From contig OX638351.1 in the NCBI GenBank assembly GCA_951813565.1, forward strand, positions 2,784,001-2,848,000: a stretch of DNA of 64,000 nucleotides, written 5' to 3'. Every line of letters begins with the position of its first letter. Position 1 is the stretch's first letter. The translations under genes were made by a program, and so were the position numbers. Positions 1-9,549 of this stretch are shown one piece after another. The notes under the pieces are model-generated. The model had not been told where the DNA came from. It made no database searches and saw nothing but the letters and a program-made list of their open reading frames with translations. Origin of the DNA: an uncultured Poribacteria bacterium (GTDB lineage: Bacteria > Poribacteria > WGA-4E > WGA-3G).

Positions 1-193
1 CATTAAAATTGACTTTTTTTTCAAATTAAAGTATAATACATTCCAATATCTTCAAATTCCCAATATATGTTACGTAATGCACCTCACCCCTGTATTTATT
101 CAGACTAAAACTGAACTTGTCAGAGATAGACTTGCTCAAGAAAATAGAACATGGGCAGTCGTGCGAACATACATAATCTTTCTAAGGAAAAAG

Positions 194-438
194 ATGGCAA
201 CAATCGTAAAACACAATACAACAGGCAAAATTACTGCTTACTTGGTACAGGTTTTGGTGTTTTTCAGTCTTCAAAACCGAACGTCTTTTTGGGTAATTTA
301 CTGGCTGATGTAGACGAAGGACAATACGCAATGGTCTGTGTTTGTGATAGCACAGGAAAAATTTTCTGGATAGATGCAGATGATGTCACAGTTGTAAGCG
401 TTGATGGACAAAATGTCGGAGAACTACCGCTTACATAA
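194..438 (+). pseudogene. Small hypothetical protein split by a probable 1-nt deletion in an A-run (227-230)
   Basis: AAGGA RBS precedes ATG194 (MATIVKHNTTGK). One extra A would join it in frame to NYCLLGTGFGVFQSSKPN...VSVDGQ of ORF 151..438. Confidence 0.55.
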
Positions 439-514
439 CTGAATTTCAATTCTTGTCCGATAGGGCGGTTTTATCTCCGAACGATTTTACTCACGAAAGG
501 AAACTTTTATTCGA

Positions 515-1093
515 ATGGATTTACAGCAGATTAATATTAAGGTTTTTACAACCGAAGATAGCAAGGTCAACTACACCAACTTCATCAAGGTTTTCAACCG
601 CTGGATGGAGGAGGCTGATTCTGAAGATTATCTGAACTATGCTGACTATTCACACGTTGATGCGGGACCGGGTGTGCTATTGATTTTGAAGCAAGCCAAC
701 TATAGCATTGACAACGCCTATCATCAACCCGGATTTCTCTACAACAGAAAGCATGATGTGGAAGGTGATAACGCTGACAAGATTCGTCAAGCGCTCACTG
801 AAACGCTTTCTAAATGTGAACTACTTGAAGCATCAGAAGAATTGGAAAATGCTATCCATTTCAACGGTTCAGACATTCTATTTATGATAAACAACCGCCA
901 CATTGCACCGAATACAGCAGAAGCAGCAGAAATAATTCAAGCAGACCTTGAACCTGTTCTAAAACAGATGTACGGTGGTGATGATTTCACGATAGAACGC
1001 ACCTCTGAGGATGTCCGCGAACGTTTCGCAGTGCGAATCTCTGCGAATTCAGACAAACCGATTTCAGAACTCCTCTCTAATCTCGGAGGATAA
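515..1093 (+). CDS. Hypothetical protein, coupled to moeB
   Basis: 192-aa ORF; stop lies 1 nt before the moeB ATG. Confidence 0.75.
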   Translation: MDLQQINIKVFTTEDSKVNYTNFIKVFNRWMEEADSEDYLNYADYSHVDAGPGVLLILKQANYSIDNAYHQPGFLYNRKHDVEGDNADKIRQALTETLSKCELLEASEELENAIHFNGSDILFMINNRHIAPNTAEAAEIIQADLEPVLKQMYGGDDFTIERTSEDVRERFAVRISANSDKPISELLSNLGG

Positions 1094-1094
1094 G

Positions 1095-1901
1095 ATGTTT
1101 AACTTTACGAATGAACAGATTGAGCGGTATAGTCGCCACATTATCCTCAAAGAAGTTGGCGGGATAGGACAGACGAAGCTGCTTGAATCAAAAGTGCTGC
1201 TTATCGGGGCAGGCGGACTCGGTTCGCCTATCGGTGTTTATCTTGCCGCGGCAGGGGTTGGCACGCTTGGCATTATTGATGATGACGTGGTTGACCTCAG
1301 CAATTTGCAACGCCAAATCCTACACGGCACCAGTGATATTGGTATCCCGAAAACAAAATCCGCAGAAGCCACTATCGCAGAAATGAACCCAGATGTTAAG
1401 GTAATCCCTCACAACGAACGTATCAATTCAGAAAATGCTTTTGCGATATTGGAACAGTACGATTTGATTGTGGATGGGTGCGATAACTTTCCGACGCGCT
1501 ATCTTCTCAACGACGCGTGTGTCATGCTTGGCAAACCAACTGTGCACGGTAGTATTTTTCAATTTGAAGGACAAACAACCGTGCTTTATCCGGGTAAGGG
1601 CCCGTGCTACCGATGCATCTTTCCTGAACCGCCACCGCAGGGGATGGCACCGAGTTGCCAAGAAGCAGGCGTCTTCGGTGTGTTACCCGGTATTATCGGC
1701 ACAATTCAAGCTATTGAAGCGATTAAAGTTCTTTTAGACATTGGTGAGTCGTTGATCGGAACCCTCCTCCTTTTCAACGCGCTCACAATGGATTTCAAGC
1801 GACTGAAACTCCGTCAAGACGAAAACTGCCCAATGTGTGGTGAGAATCCTACCATTAAAGAACTTATTGACTATGAGGAATTTTGTGAAGTACGGTGGTA
1901 A
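1095..1901 (+). CDS. moeB: ThiF/MoeB family adenylyltransferase
   Basis: RYSRH, GAGGLG, DDDVVDLSNLQRQ, CYRC and C-terminal CPMC zinc motifs; start moved to ATG1095 behind GGAGG. Confidence 0.9.
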   Translation: MFNFTNEQIERYSRHIILKEVGGIGQTKLLESKVLLIGAGGLGSPIGVYLAAAGVGTLGIIDDDVVDLSNLQRQILHGTSDIGIPKTKSAEATIAEMNPDVKVIPHNERINSENAFAILEQYDLIVDGCDNFPTRYLLNDACVMLGKPTVHGSIFQFEGQTTVLYPGKGPCYRCIFPEPPPQGMAPSCQEAGVFGVLPGIIGTIQAIEAIKVLLDIGESLIGTLLLFNALTMDFKRLKLRQDENCPMCGENPTIKELIDYEEFCEVRW

Positions 1902-1942
1902 ATATTAATTTAGAATCTATTTAACTTCAGGGGACTAACGAA

Positions 1943-2110
1943 ATGACAACAGAGATTGCATTTGGTATGCTTCTTGGTGGAATTATTGGAATGCTGATTA
2001 ATATTACGATCATTTTAGGACAGATATCTAAAACGTTAAAGAGTAATGGCGAGAGTTTGTCAAAAATTGCGAAACACTTTGAGCAAACCGACGAGAAAGA
2101 TAAAGATTGA
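1943..2110 (+). CDS. Small membrane protein, 55 aa (MTTEIAFGMLLGGIIGMLINITIILGQISKTLKSNGESLSKIAKHFEQTDEKDKD)
   Basis: Translated by hand; hydrophobic N-terminus; paralogous to 2238..2378. Confidence 0.6.
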   Translation: MTTEIAFGMLLGGIIGMLINITIILGQISKTLKSNGESLSKIAKHFEQTDEKDKD

Positions 2111-2237
2111 TAAATAGAGATAGCCAATTATTACAATACGATGCTGCCTCTAATTGCCCTCATATTCTCCAAGAACCTGCCAGTTGAAATGTATTCAATT
2201 ATTCAATTAAAGGAAGATAAACCAATATCAAAAACTT

Positions 2238-2378
2238 ATGGATCTGGTTATTTTTGTCTCATCTATTATACTTTCGGCTATTCTCTTAATGATACGCGGA
2301 GAACTAAAGGATATTGCGGAAAGTCTATACAAGATAGCGAAACATCTTGAGCAAATTAATGAGAAAGATGATGGTTGA
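2238..2378 (+). CDS. Small membrane protein, 46 aa (MDLVIFVSSIILSAILLMIRGELKDIAESLYKIAKHLEQINEKDDG)
   Basis: Translated by hand; shares ESLxKIAKHxEQxxEKD with 1943..2110. Confidence 0.6.
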   Translation: MDLVIFVSSIILSAILLMIRGELKDIAESLYKIAKHLEQINEKDDG

Positions 2379-2411
2379 TGAACAAGTGCCGATAAGTGGT
2401 GTTCAGATATT

Positions 2412-2843
2412 TCAGATTTCACTATGATAAAGTTCTGTCATCCATTCGCCATCATGTGCAGGATTATAGATTAACCCCTTCTTCATGTCAAGGCAGAGGT
2501 CAAGGTCTTCTAACAGTATATGTCCAATGAGAACAGGTGTGCCTTCAGGGACGCCCAGGACGGTGGTGATTCCTTCACGTTCCAATATTGTAAATTGCAC
2601 GGGTGAATAGATCCATAACTCTGTAATACCGTTGACAGTTCGTACCTGCTCACTTCGAAATGGCGTTAATCCGAGTTGCTCAATAAGGGATGGCGGCAAA
2701 CCGAGACGTGTTGCTCCAGTATCAACGAGTGCATCTTCAATAGTAATTCGCCGCACTTCTTCAGGGGTCATATAGCCTGCTCTTGCTAAAGTGAGTTCAT
2801 CGTTATTTGCGAGTTCTATTTTTGCTGTATGTCTCATTTTCAA
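2412..2843 (-). CDS. Clan AA (retropepsin-like) aspartic protease
   Basis: ALVDTGA catalytic motif and LIGHILLEDLDL motif. Confidence 0.85.
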   Translation of the reverse strand: MKMRHTAKIELANNDELTLARAGYMTPEEVRRITIEDALVDTGATRLGLPPSLIEQLGLTPFRSEQVRTVNGITELWIYSPVQFTILEREGITTVLGVPEGTPVLIGHILLEDLDLCLDMKKGLIYNPAHDGEWMTELYHSEI

Positions 2844-3015
2844 TACACCTTGTTTTTTGATACTATTTTAACACCTTTTCCTAAGTGTTTCAAACAAAAG
2901 GCATCGGCACAATAGTCATCAGTAAGAATAACTTGTGGACGTTACGTCCCTTTTGCATCCCGAAAGCACTATGACTGCTATTTGCTAACGAAAAACCGAT
3001 TACCAAAAACGTATA

Positions 3016-3155
3016 ATACCAAATTCATTTGATTCATCGTCTTCACATACTGCTCCGCTGGAGCGGAAGACGGAAAACTCCACGTGGACTATAAACATAC
3101 CGCTCCGCTGGAGCGGAAGAGTGGAAAAACAAGACGAATTACGTTAATTTGGTAT
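3016..3155. repeat. MITE-like element with GCTCCGCTGGAGCGGA palindromes; inverted copy at 63543-63693
   Basis: Terminal inverted repeats ATACCAAATT/AATTTGGTAT; near-identical reverse-complement copy 60 kb away. Confidence 0.8.
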
Positions 3156-3165
3156 AAAATCTCTA

Positions 3166-3927
3166 TTATGCCAAAACTTCCCGCCGGATTGGTGAATCGA
3201 TAAACAACGAATCGCCACCATCAATCGTCAATTCCAATCCTGTAACCCATGCCGCTTCGTCCGAGCATAGCCACAGCGCAGCGAACGCCACATCAATCGG
3301 GTTGCCTAATCTCTCTAATTGTGTTGCAACAGGTGCGATTTCTCCTTCTGGCAATGGATCCCAGATAATCCCCGGACATAACGCATGGACACGGATGTTT
3401 TTATCGTATAATTCTTTGGCAAGGTTTTTTGCTGTCGCCACCATTCCTGCTTTTGCAGCAGCGTAAGCGGCGTTAGCATCTTGGCGGACTCTTGCACCAG
3501 CGGAAATAGTGATGATACATCCGCCGCCTCTTTTCTCTAAAATTGGCACGAGACTACGGACAGGGTTAAAGAGTGTTCGCAAGTTGTTTTGCAACGCACC
3601 ATCCCAATACTCAGGATCCATGGTGGTAATATCGTGTTCAGTTGAGAAAAATCCACCCGCAGCGTGAATAAAGCAATCAACACCACCAAATTCGGAAACT
3701 GCAGCATCAATAAGAACCTCCACTTGTGCAGCATCCGTCAAATCGGTTTGATGTGTTAGCACGTTTCCACCGTTCGCGCGGATACGTTCTGCTGTATCTT
3801 CCATCTTTTCTGTTGTGCGTGCGGCGAGAGTCACTTGCGCGCCTTCTTGTGCAAAAAGCAGCGCTGTTGCTCGACTCATGTTTGAGCCTGCACCACCGAT
3901 TAGGACAACTTTATCTTTCAATCGCAT
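3166..3927 (-). CDS. Short-chain dehydrogenase/reductase (SDR)
   Basis: GGAGSNM Rossmann-like motif, YAAAK catalytic motif, VTG..L.IDGG C-terminus; AAGGAG before ATG3927. Confidence 0.9.
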   Translation of the reverse strand: MRLKDKVVLIGGAGSNMSRATALLFAQEGAQVTLAARTTEKMEDTAERIRANGGNVLTHQTDLTDAAQVEVLIDAAVSEFGGVDCFIHAAGGFFSTEHDITTMDPEYWDGALQNNLRTLFNPVRSLVPILEKRGGGCIITISAGARVRQDANAAYAAAKAGMVATAKNLAKELYDKNIRVHALCPGIIWDPLPEGEIAPVATQLERLGNPIDVAFAALWLCSDEAAWVTGLELTIDGGDSLFIDSPIRREVLA

Positions 3928-4031
3928 TTTAATTCTCCTTTGCAATAATTTATGTTAAGAGCATACTTTCAAAACGCGCTTACATAGTATCGTCTTCCCT
4001 CATCACAATAGCCTATTACAGATATGCGTAA

Positions 4032-4301
4032 GTTGGGTTTCGCTTCGCTCTACCCATAGGCGTCAATTTAAGGATATATCCTCTTGTGGGAGGGGTTTTC
4101 AACCCCGATTTTCTGCTTGAATCTCGTTCAATCGGGCGGACAAGGTCTCCCTCCCACAATGTCTGAGTATTCTATCGGGCTTAGAAAGCCTTCCCACAAT
4201 GTCCGAGTATTCTATCGGGCTTAAAAAGCCCTCCCACAAGAAAAAATCCAGCATTTTTTTCTTAAGTTTACACCTATGGGTAGAGCGAAGCGAAACCCAA
4301 C
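4032..4301. repeat. Composite palindromic repeat element (REP/MITE-like)
   Basis: Long terminal inverted repeats GTTGGGTTTCGCTTCGCTCTACCCATAGG.../...CCTATGGGTAGAGCGAAGCGAAACCCAAC and an internal ~40-bp tandem duplication; related pieces near 35298, 51246-51575 and 62852-62940. Confidence 0.75.
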
Positions 4302-4362
4302 AATCCTGAAAATCCTATAACCTTGTAAATCATGGTTCAGACAATAAAAGCGTTTACCAGCA

Positions 4363-5700
4363 TTACACTTTTTCACTACAATAATCTATCGCATCCTTCA
4401 TGTGTTTTAACGCAGCATGAATCTGCGGGAGTTCCTCAAACCCATAAGAGATACGAAACTGCCGTTTACCGATGTCAATCATCTCCCCACTCGGATGGAC
4501 GCAGTGTTCACCGGGAATGTAAATCACTTTGGGATGCGGATTATGTGAAGGTCCATCTATGTCTTTCTGTCCTGTTGTTCGCGTCAAAAACTTGAAGAAA
4601 TCAGAGTTTGAATCGGTTGCGATGTTTGCAAGTGTCAGGTAATAATAGAACCCCGCACTCCCACCTCTGCATCCTTCAACATTATCGCCAAGCAATTCTA
4701 CTATCCACGTTTTGACCTGTTTTGCCTTCTCCCTATATCCGTTATTGACTTTCTCAATTTGTGCTTCAATACCGTTGTCAAGTAGATAACTTGCAATTTC
4801 CTGATTGATAAGCGGTGCGCTGAAACCGATGTCGCTTGTGCGTTGGATGATACTGTCAAGGAATGTTCCCTTTGGACCGATCAGGTAGCCGATACGCAAT
4901 CCAGGGGCAAGTATCTTTGATAGCGTGCCAATCTCATGTACAATACCGAGTTGATCGTAGCATAACGCAGACTCCAAAGGTTCAACGGTACTATCATGCA
5001 CAAGGTCGCGGTAGGCATTGTCAAAAAAGAGCGGGATTTTTCGTCCGATTTCGTACGAAAGTTCGGTTACAATCTCAACCAGTTCCCTTTTTTGACGATT
5101 AGAGAGGATAGTGCAACTTGGATTGTTAACCGTCACAACATAGAAAAACTGAATAGCCGCTTTTCCACTTCCCAACGCCTTTAATTTTGCCCTCAAAAGA
5201 TCGGTTTCAAGTCCGTGATTGTCCTCTGGTATAGCGATAACAGTGAAGCCTTTCCTTTCGAGATCGTTGCAATAGATATAATACATCGGATCGGCAGTGA
5301 AAACAATGCCAGCAGGGAGCAGATGCGTGATACTTTCCAACAGACTGGTCGCACCGTTTGCACCGATAACAATATCTTTTGTATTAAAGGTGTTTTTCGT
5401 TATGCCGCCGATTCGGTTGTGAATATGGAATTTTCTGATTGACTCAATCAGGTTTGGAGAGCCTTGTGCACCACCATAATTGAGAGAAGCACGGTATTTT
5501 TCAGGATTTGAGAGAACTGCTTCGCAAGCATTCTGAATTTCTTGACGTGGGATTGTGTTTTCGTTGACATATCCCACGCCGAGGTTAATATCGTATCCAT
5601 CCCGAAAACCGATAGCGAAATCGGTCATCATTCGGTTCACTGGAGATGGAATACTTGAGGCTTTTCCGTATTCAGAAAGCAAAATATCGCGAATTTTCAT
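4363..5700 (-). CDS. PLP-dependent aminotransferase class I/II
   Basis: NNPS, DNAY and GTLSKILAPGLRIGY PLP-lysine motif. Confidence 0.85.
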   Translation of the reverse strand: MKIRDILLSEYGKASSIPSPVNRMMTDFAIGFRDGYDINLGVGYVNENTIPRQEIQNACEAVLSNPEKYRASLNYGGAQGSPNLIESIRKFHIHNRIGGITKNTFNTKDIVIGANGATSLLESITHLLPAGIVFTADPMYYIYCNDLERKGFTVIAIPEDNHGLETDLLRAKLKALGSGKAAIQFFYVVTVNNPSCTILSNRQKRELVEIVTELSYEIGRKIPLFFDNAYRDLVHDSTVEPLESALCYDQLGIVHEIGTLSKILAPGLRIGYLIGPKGTFLDSIIQRTSDIGFSAPLINQEIASYLLDNGIEAQIEKVNNGYREKAKQVKTWIVELLGDNVEGCRGGSAGFYYYLTLANIATDSNSDFFKFLTRTTGQKDIDGPSHNPHPKVIYIPGEHCVHPSGEMIDIGKRQFRISYGFEELPQIHAALKHMKDAIDYCSEKV

Positions 5701-5723
5701 TTCTTGTCGTTGAAATCCGCCTT

Positions 5724-6632
5724 TTATAGTAAATCTTTGAGTGCAGATTCAAGCGTGCGGTACTGAAATTCGTATCCGCTTGCCTCCGTTTTTTCAGGGA
5801 GGACGTTCTGGCTCAGCACAACAAAGTCGGCAAACTCCCCCATCATTAACTTCAATACGAATGTGGGGACAGGGAAAATCGTCGGTCTTCGGAGAACCGT
5901 ACCGAGCGTTTTCGTAAACTCAATGTTTCTAACAGGGGTAGGTGCTGTCGCATTCAAGGCACCGCTAATGTTTTCATTTTCCAGAGCGTGCATCACAATG
6001 CCGACCACGTCATCAACGTGAATCCAAGACATCCACTGATTACCGCTTCCGAGTTTACCACCGACACCCATTTTAAAGGGCGGAAGCACCTGATCTAAAA
6101 GCCCACCCCCTATGCCAAGCACAAGTCCAATGCGAACGGAGACGACGCGTATGCCATACTCGCTCGCTTTATGCGCCTCCGCTTCCCATTCTTGGCAAAC
6201 TTCAGCGAGGAAATCGGTCCCCACAGGTGATTCCTCCGTCCAACTTTCGTCTCCGCTGCCGCCATAGAGACCGATTGCTGAAGCACAAACAAGCACATCA
6301 GGTTTGGTGTCGGCATCAGCAAAAGAGGCAACAAGATTCCGAGTAGAAAGGATACGACTGTCGCGTATCCTTTGTTTTTTCTCAGCGTTCCATCTGCCAG
6401 CTATTGATTCGCCTGCAAGGTGAATTATGGCTTGCACTTCGGATGTGGCTTCTGAAGGGAGTTGCTCCGTTTCAGGATTCCAAGCGTAGGTTTCTTGGAC
6501 AGATTGTAATTTAGTTTTGGCGCGTGCAGGGTCTCTTGACACCACATGCACTGCATAATCTTTTTTGTGGAGGGCATCACAGACTCGACTTCCGATGAAA
6601 CCTGTTCCACCTGTGACCAATACATTTTTCAT
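5724..6632 (-). CDS. TIGR01777/YfcH-like NAD-dependent epimerase family protein
   Basis: VLVTGGTGFIG, HLAGE, SAIGLYG, GSGNQWMSWIH. Confidence 0.9.
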   Translation of the reverse strand: MKNVLVTGGTGFIGSRVCDALHKKDYAVHVVSRDPARAKTKLQSVQETYAWNPETEQLPSEATSEVQAIIHLAGESIAGRWNAEKKQRIRDSRILSTRNLVASFADADTKPDVLVCASAIGLYGGSGDESWTEESPVGTDFLAEVCQEWEAEAHKASEYGIRVVSVRIGLVLGIGGGLLDQVLPPFKMGVGGKLGSGNQWMSWIHVDDVVGIVMHALENENISGALNATAPTPVRNIEFTKTLGTVLRRPTIFPVPTFVLKLMMGEFADFVVLSQNVLPEKTEASGYEFQYRTLESALKDLL

Positions 6633-6738
6633 GGTTTACCTCCATTTTTCGGACGGTAGGTGCGGTTTCCTAACCGCACCATAGGCGTCAATTAGCATAT
6701 CGGTTAAGTAATTTGTAGCACGAACTTTCAGTTGTATT

Positions 6739-7479
6739 TTATTTCGAAAGTTCAGTGATAATGTCTTCCAGCTGCCGATAGTCATCTATCACTGCATCGC
6801 TGAGTGTATCGTTTGTTTCTGTTTTATTGAATCCTGCGAATCGAATTGCTTTCATACCCGCATTTTTTGCACCAACAATGTCTGTCCGCACAATATCCCC
6901 AATATGCACCGCGTTTTCGGGTTTAGCGTTCAGCTGCTTCAAGGTAGAATAGAATTGCACGACTTCAGGCTTTGTGTGCTCCGTTTCATCGGAGAACGTA
7001 AATACCGAAAAGTATTGCAAAATTTCGTCACGTTCCATTAGTTGCCGTGCATAACTGCCCGGTGTCAACGCAGAATCTGAGATAATTCCCAGTGGATAAT
7101 CTTCACTGAGTCTTGCCAGCACCGGCTTAATATGCGATATAAGAATAGGTGGAGACGCTAAAAATGCATTACCAAGACACATAATCAGAGAAGCAATTTC
7201 TGTCTCGTCAAGCGTAAGTTCAAGCGTTTCGGCAAACTTCATCATACATGTTTGGACAGATACGCCTTTGTGTTGATGCCACCGAGACGTCGCCACCCCA
7301 TAAGCGTCATCCATTCCAATTTCTATATCAGACACCTTACAAGAATAACCTTGGTTAATCAAATACTTATGACAATTATCCACACGTATAGCCTGACGTT
7401 TCTGCCAGTTTTCAAGCGTATCCGCATAAAGCGTTTGCCAAAAATCGAATGTGATTGCGTTGAACATTGCTTCTCCCAT
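6739..7479 (-). CDS. HAD-superfamily hydrolase
   Basis: FDFWQTL motif I, KP motif III, HIGD...DIVGAKNAGM motif IV. Confidence 0.88.
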   Translation of the reverse strand: MGEAMFNAITFDFWQTLYADTLENWQKRQAIRVDNCHKYLINQGYSCKVSDIEIGMDDAYGVATSRWHQHKGVSVQTCMMKFAETLELTLDETEIASLIMCLGNAFLASPPILISHIKPVLARLSEDYPLGIISDSALTPGSYARQLMERDEILQYFSVFTFSDETEHTKPEVVQFYSTLKQLNAKPENAVHIGDIVRTDIVGAKNAGMKAIRFAGFNKTETNDTLSDAVIDDYRQLEDIITELSK

Positions 7480-7713
7480 CTTACTTAGATTTCTTTAAAT
7501 GACTATGTCTCTGATTTATTTTATCCTGCGTAATGTAAGATGTCAAGCATCAAATGCAGAATATAAGTTTACGCTATCGAATGTGATTAAAAAGAAAACG
7601 AAGAATATCAAAGAAAGTTGACTCATATAAGTTACTGCATAGATGGTTTTAGGTAATGTGGCTAAAATTTTCTTGTGGGAAGACTTGTAAGCCAAACGAG
7701 TCTACTTAAACTT

Positions 7714-7959
7714 ACGACTTGTGCCAGTTAAGTGAAAGTTTTGTTGTTTTTCACAATTGTTCATATTTTGGAATCAACGCCAAATACGCTTTTGGCATTT
7801 GGCAAGAGCGATCTCCGAATCGCGACACGTTTGCAGTCGGGAATCGGAGTTCCCTCCTACCTTGAGGACAGCAGCTATCGGAAAAGTTGCGGAATGCAAA
7901 CCCAAACAAGAGGAATATGTGAAATATAAATATACTAAATGTTAACTGGCACAACGCGT
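7714..7959. mobile_element. MITE with ACGACTTGTGCCAGTTAA-type TIRs and 7-bp TSD (TAAACTT)
   Basis: TIR pair visible; TAAACTT at 7707-7713 and 7960-7966; sister copy at 34387-34677. Confidence 0.75.
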
Positions 7960-8046
7960 TAAACTTACTTGAAAAATCATCTCAAATAGGATATAATATT
8001 AATATGCCGATATGTTTGAGATGTAATAAATTGCCCAGGGGGCGTT

Positions 8047-9525
8047 ATGGCGAGGTGGAATCGTAGCCTTACATCAACTTATCCGACTGGCGGGTTGATG
8101 CTCATCTATTTCGGTGTGGGTGTCTGCATATTGATATTAGTGTTTGCGTATTATACGCGCCAAATATCTCATTTGAATGCTGATATAGAGGCACAGATAG
8201 AAATCTTTGTGAACCTTGCCGCCGAATTGCCGAGTATTGAAGACCGTGCACTGCAAGCACGGCTGCTGAGAGTAATGCGGCAAGAACTTTATGCAGAGGG
8301 TCGATCTCGAAGGTTCTCTTTTATTATCACTGATGCCGATGGAAATGTAGAAATTTCGCAGGGAATTGACACTAAATTAGATGAGAAAGTCAACGAAAGT
8401 GACACTGTTTCGTTAACACAAGATGAGCAAGAATTGCTAACTTCAACATTGGAACGGATGAAAAGCAAGAATCAGCGGCGAAAAATTCCATTCCTTAAAG
8501 AAGATAGGCAGATTATGGGATATTTTTACTACGGGGATGCAAGTGAAATGGCACAACTTCCCTATGCAATTACTGATACCGAAAAGAGACCACAAAAATG
8601 GCAAATGTGGAAGGATGTCATCACCGCCGAGATTGCGACACCGGAGGAGAAAGAACGCGCAAAAATCTTCGTTCAAAATACACCAGCATTCGTTACACTT
8701 CAAACAGAACCCAATTGGCAAGAAGGTTACTTTTATTATGAAATAAAATCATTTTACGGGTTATTGATAACGCCTATTGTGCTGTCTATTATTTTACCGT
8801 TCTTCGCTTTTGGCTCTATTCTCATCTATCGGCGGATAAAATATTATGAACATGCGGCGATTTGGGGTGGATTAGCCAAAGAAACAGCACATCAACTTGG
8901 CACCCCTATCTCTGCTTTGTTAGCATGGACTGAGTTGTTAGATGAACGGAGTCAACAAACTGAAGATGAAGTACTTGCTGAGCTTTCAACAAACATGCAG
9001 AGTGACTTAGAACGGCTGCAGAAAACAACTACCCGATTCGGAATGATTGGCACGGAGCCAACGAAAACTGAGGTCAACCTTGAAGAAGTACTTGATGAGG
9101 TACTCACATATTTTGAGAAGCGATTACCTCAGATCAGTCGCAACATTGATATAAGTGTTACGCCTCATGATGTACCCGGAATTTCTGCGAATGCACATTT
9201 GTTACAGTGGGTTTTTGAAAACCTGATACGGAATTCGTTGGATGCCATGCATAAAGAGATTGGGCATATTGAAATTGAACCTCTTTATGATGACCGCCAA
9301 AAACATGTTGTAATCCGATATTCAGACAACGGCAGCGGTATTTCCAGCGAAAATCAACGTGCAATTTTTGAACCGGGTATGACAACGAAAACACATGGAT
9401 GGGGACTTGGATTGACAATTGTTCAACGAATTGTTAGGGAATATCATCACGGAAGTATCCGTTTAGTCGAAAGTAGTCCAGATGGGACAACTTTTGAAAT
9501 TCGCTTGCCGTGTAATACCTCTTAG
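8047..9525 (+). CDS. Membrane sensor histidine kinase
   Basis: Two TM segments, ETAHQLGTP H-box, ENLIRNSLDA N-box, DNGSG and GWGLGL G-boxes. Confidence 0.92.
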   Translation: MARWNRSLTSTYPTGGLMLIYFGVGVCILILVFAYYTRQISHLNADIEAQIEIFVNLAAELPSIEDRALQARLLRVMRQELYAEGRSRRFSFIITDADGNVEISQGIDTKLDEKVNESDTVSLTQDEQELLTSTLERMKSKNQRRKIPFLKEDRQIMGYFYYGDASEMAQLPYAITDTEKRPQKWQMWKDVITAEIATPEEKERAKIFVQNTPAFVTLQTEPNWQEGYFYYEIKSFYGLLITPIVLSIILPFFAFGSILIYRRIKYYEHAAIWGGLAKETAHQLGTPISALLAWTELLDERSQQTEDEVLAELSTNMQSDLERLQKTTTRFGMIGTEPTKTEVNLEEVLDEVLTYFEKRLPQISRNIDISVTPHDVPGISANAHLLQWVFENLIRNSLDAMHKEIGHIEIEPLYDDRQKHVVIRYSDNGSGISSENQRAIFEPGMTTKTHGWGLGLTIVQRIVREYHHGSIRLVESSPDGTTFEIRLPCNTS

Positions 9526-9549
9526 TTAGTAGGTTTCAAAGGAACAGAT

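Noticed and set aside
7732..7954. Short ORFs at 7732-7954, 20528-20776, 34392-34604, 34979-35257, 51266-51538 and 63482-63757
   Set aside because: They lie within MITE/REP repeats and lack coding features.
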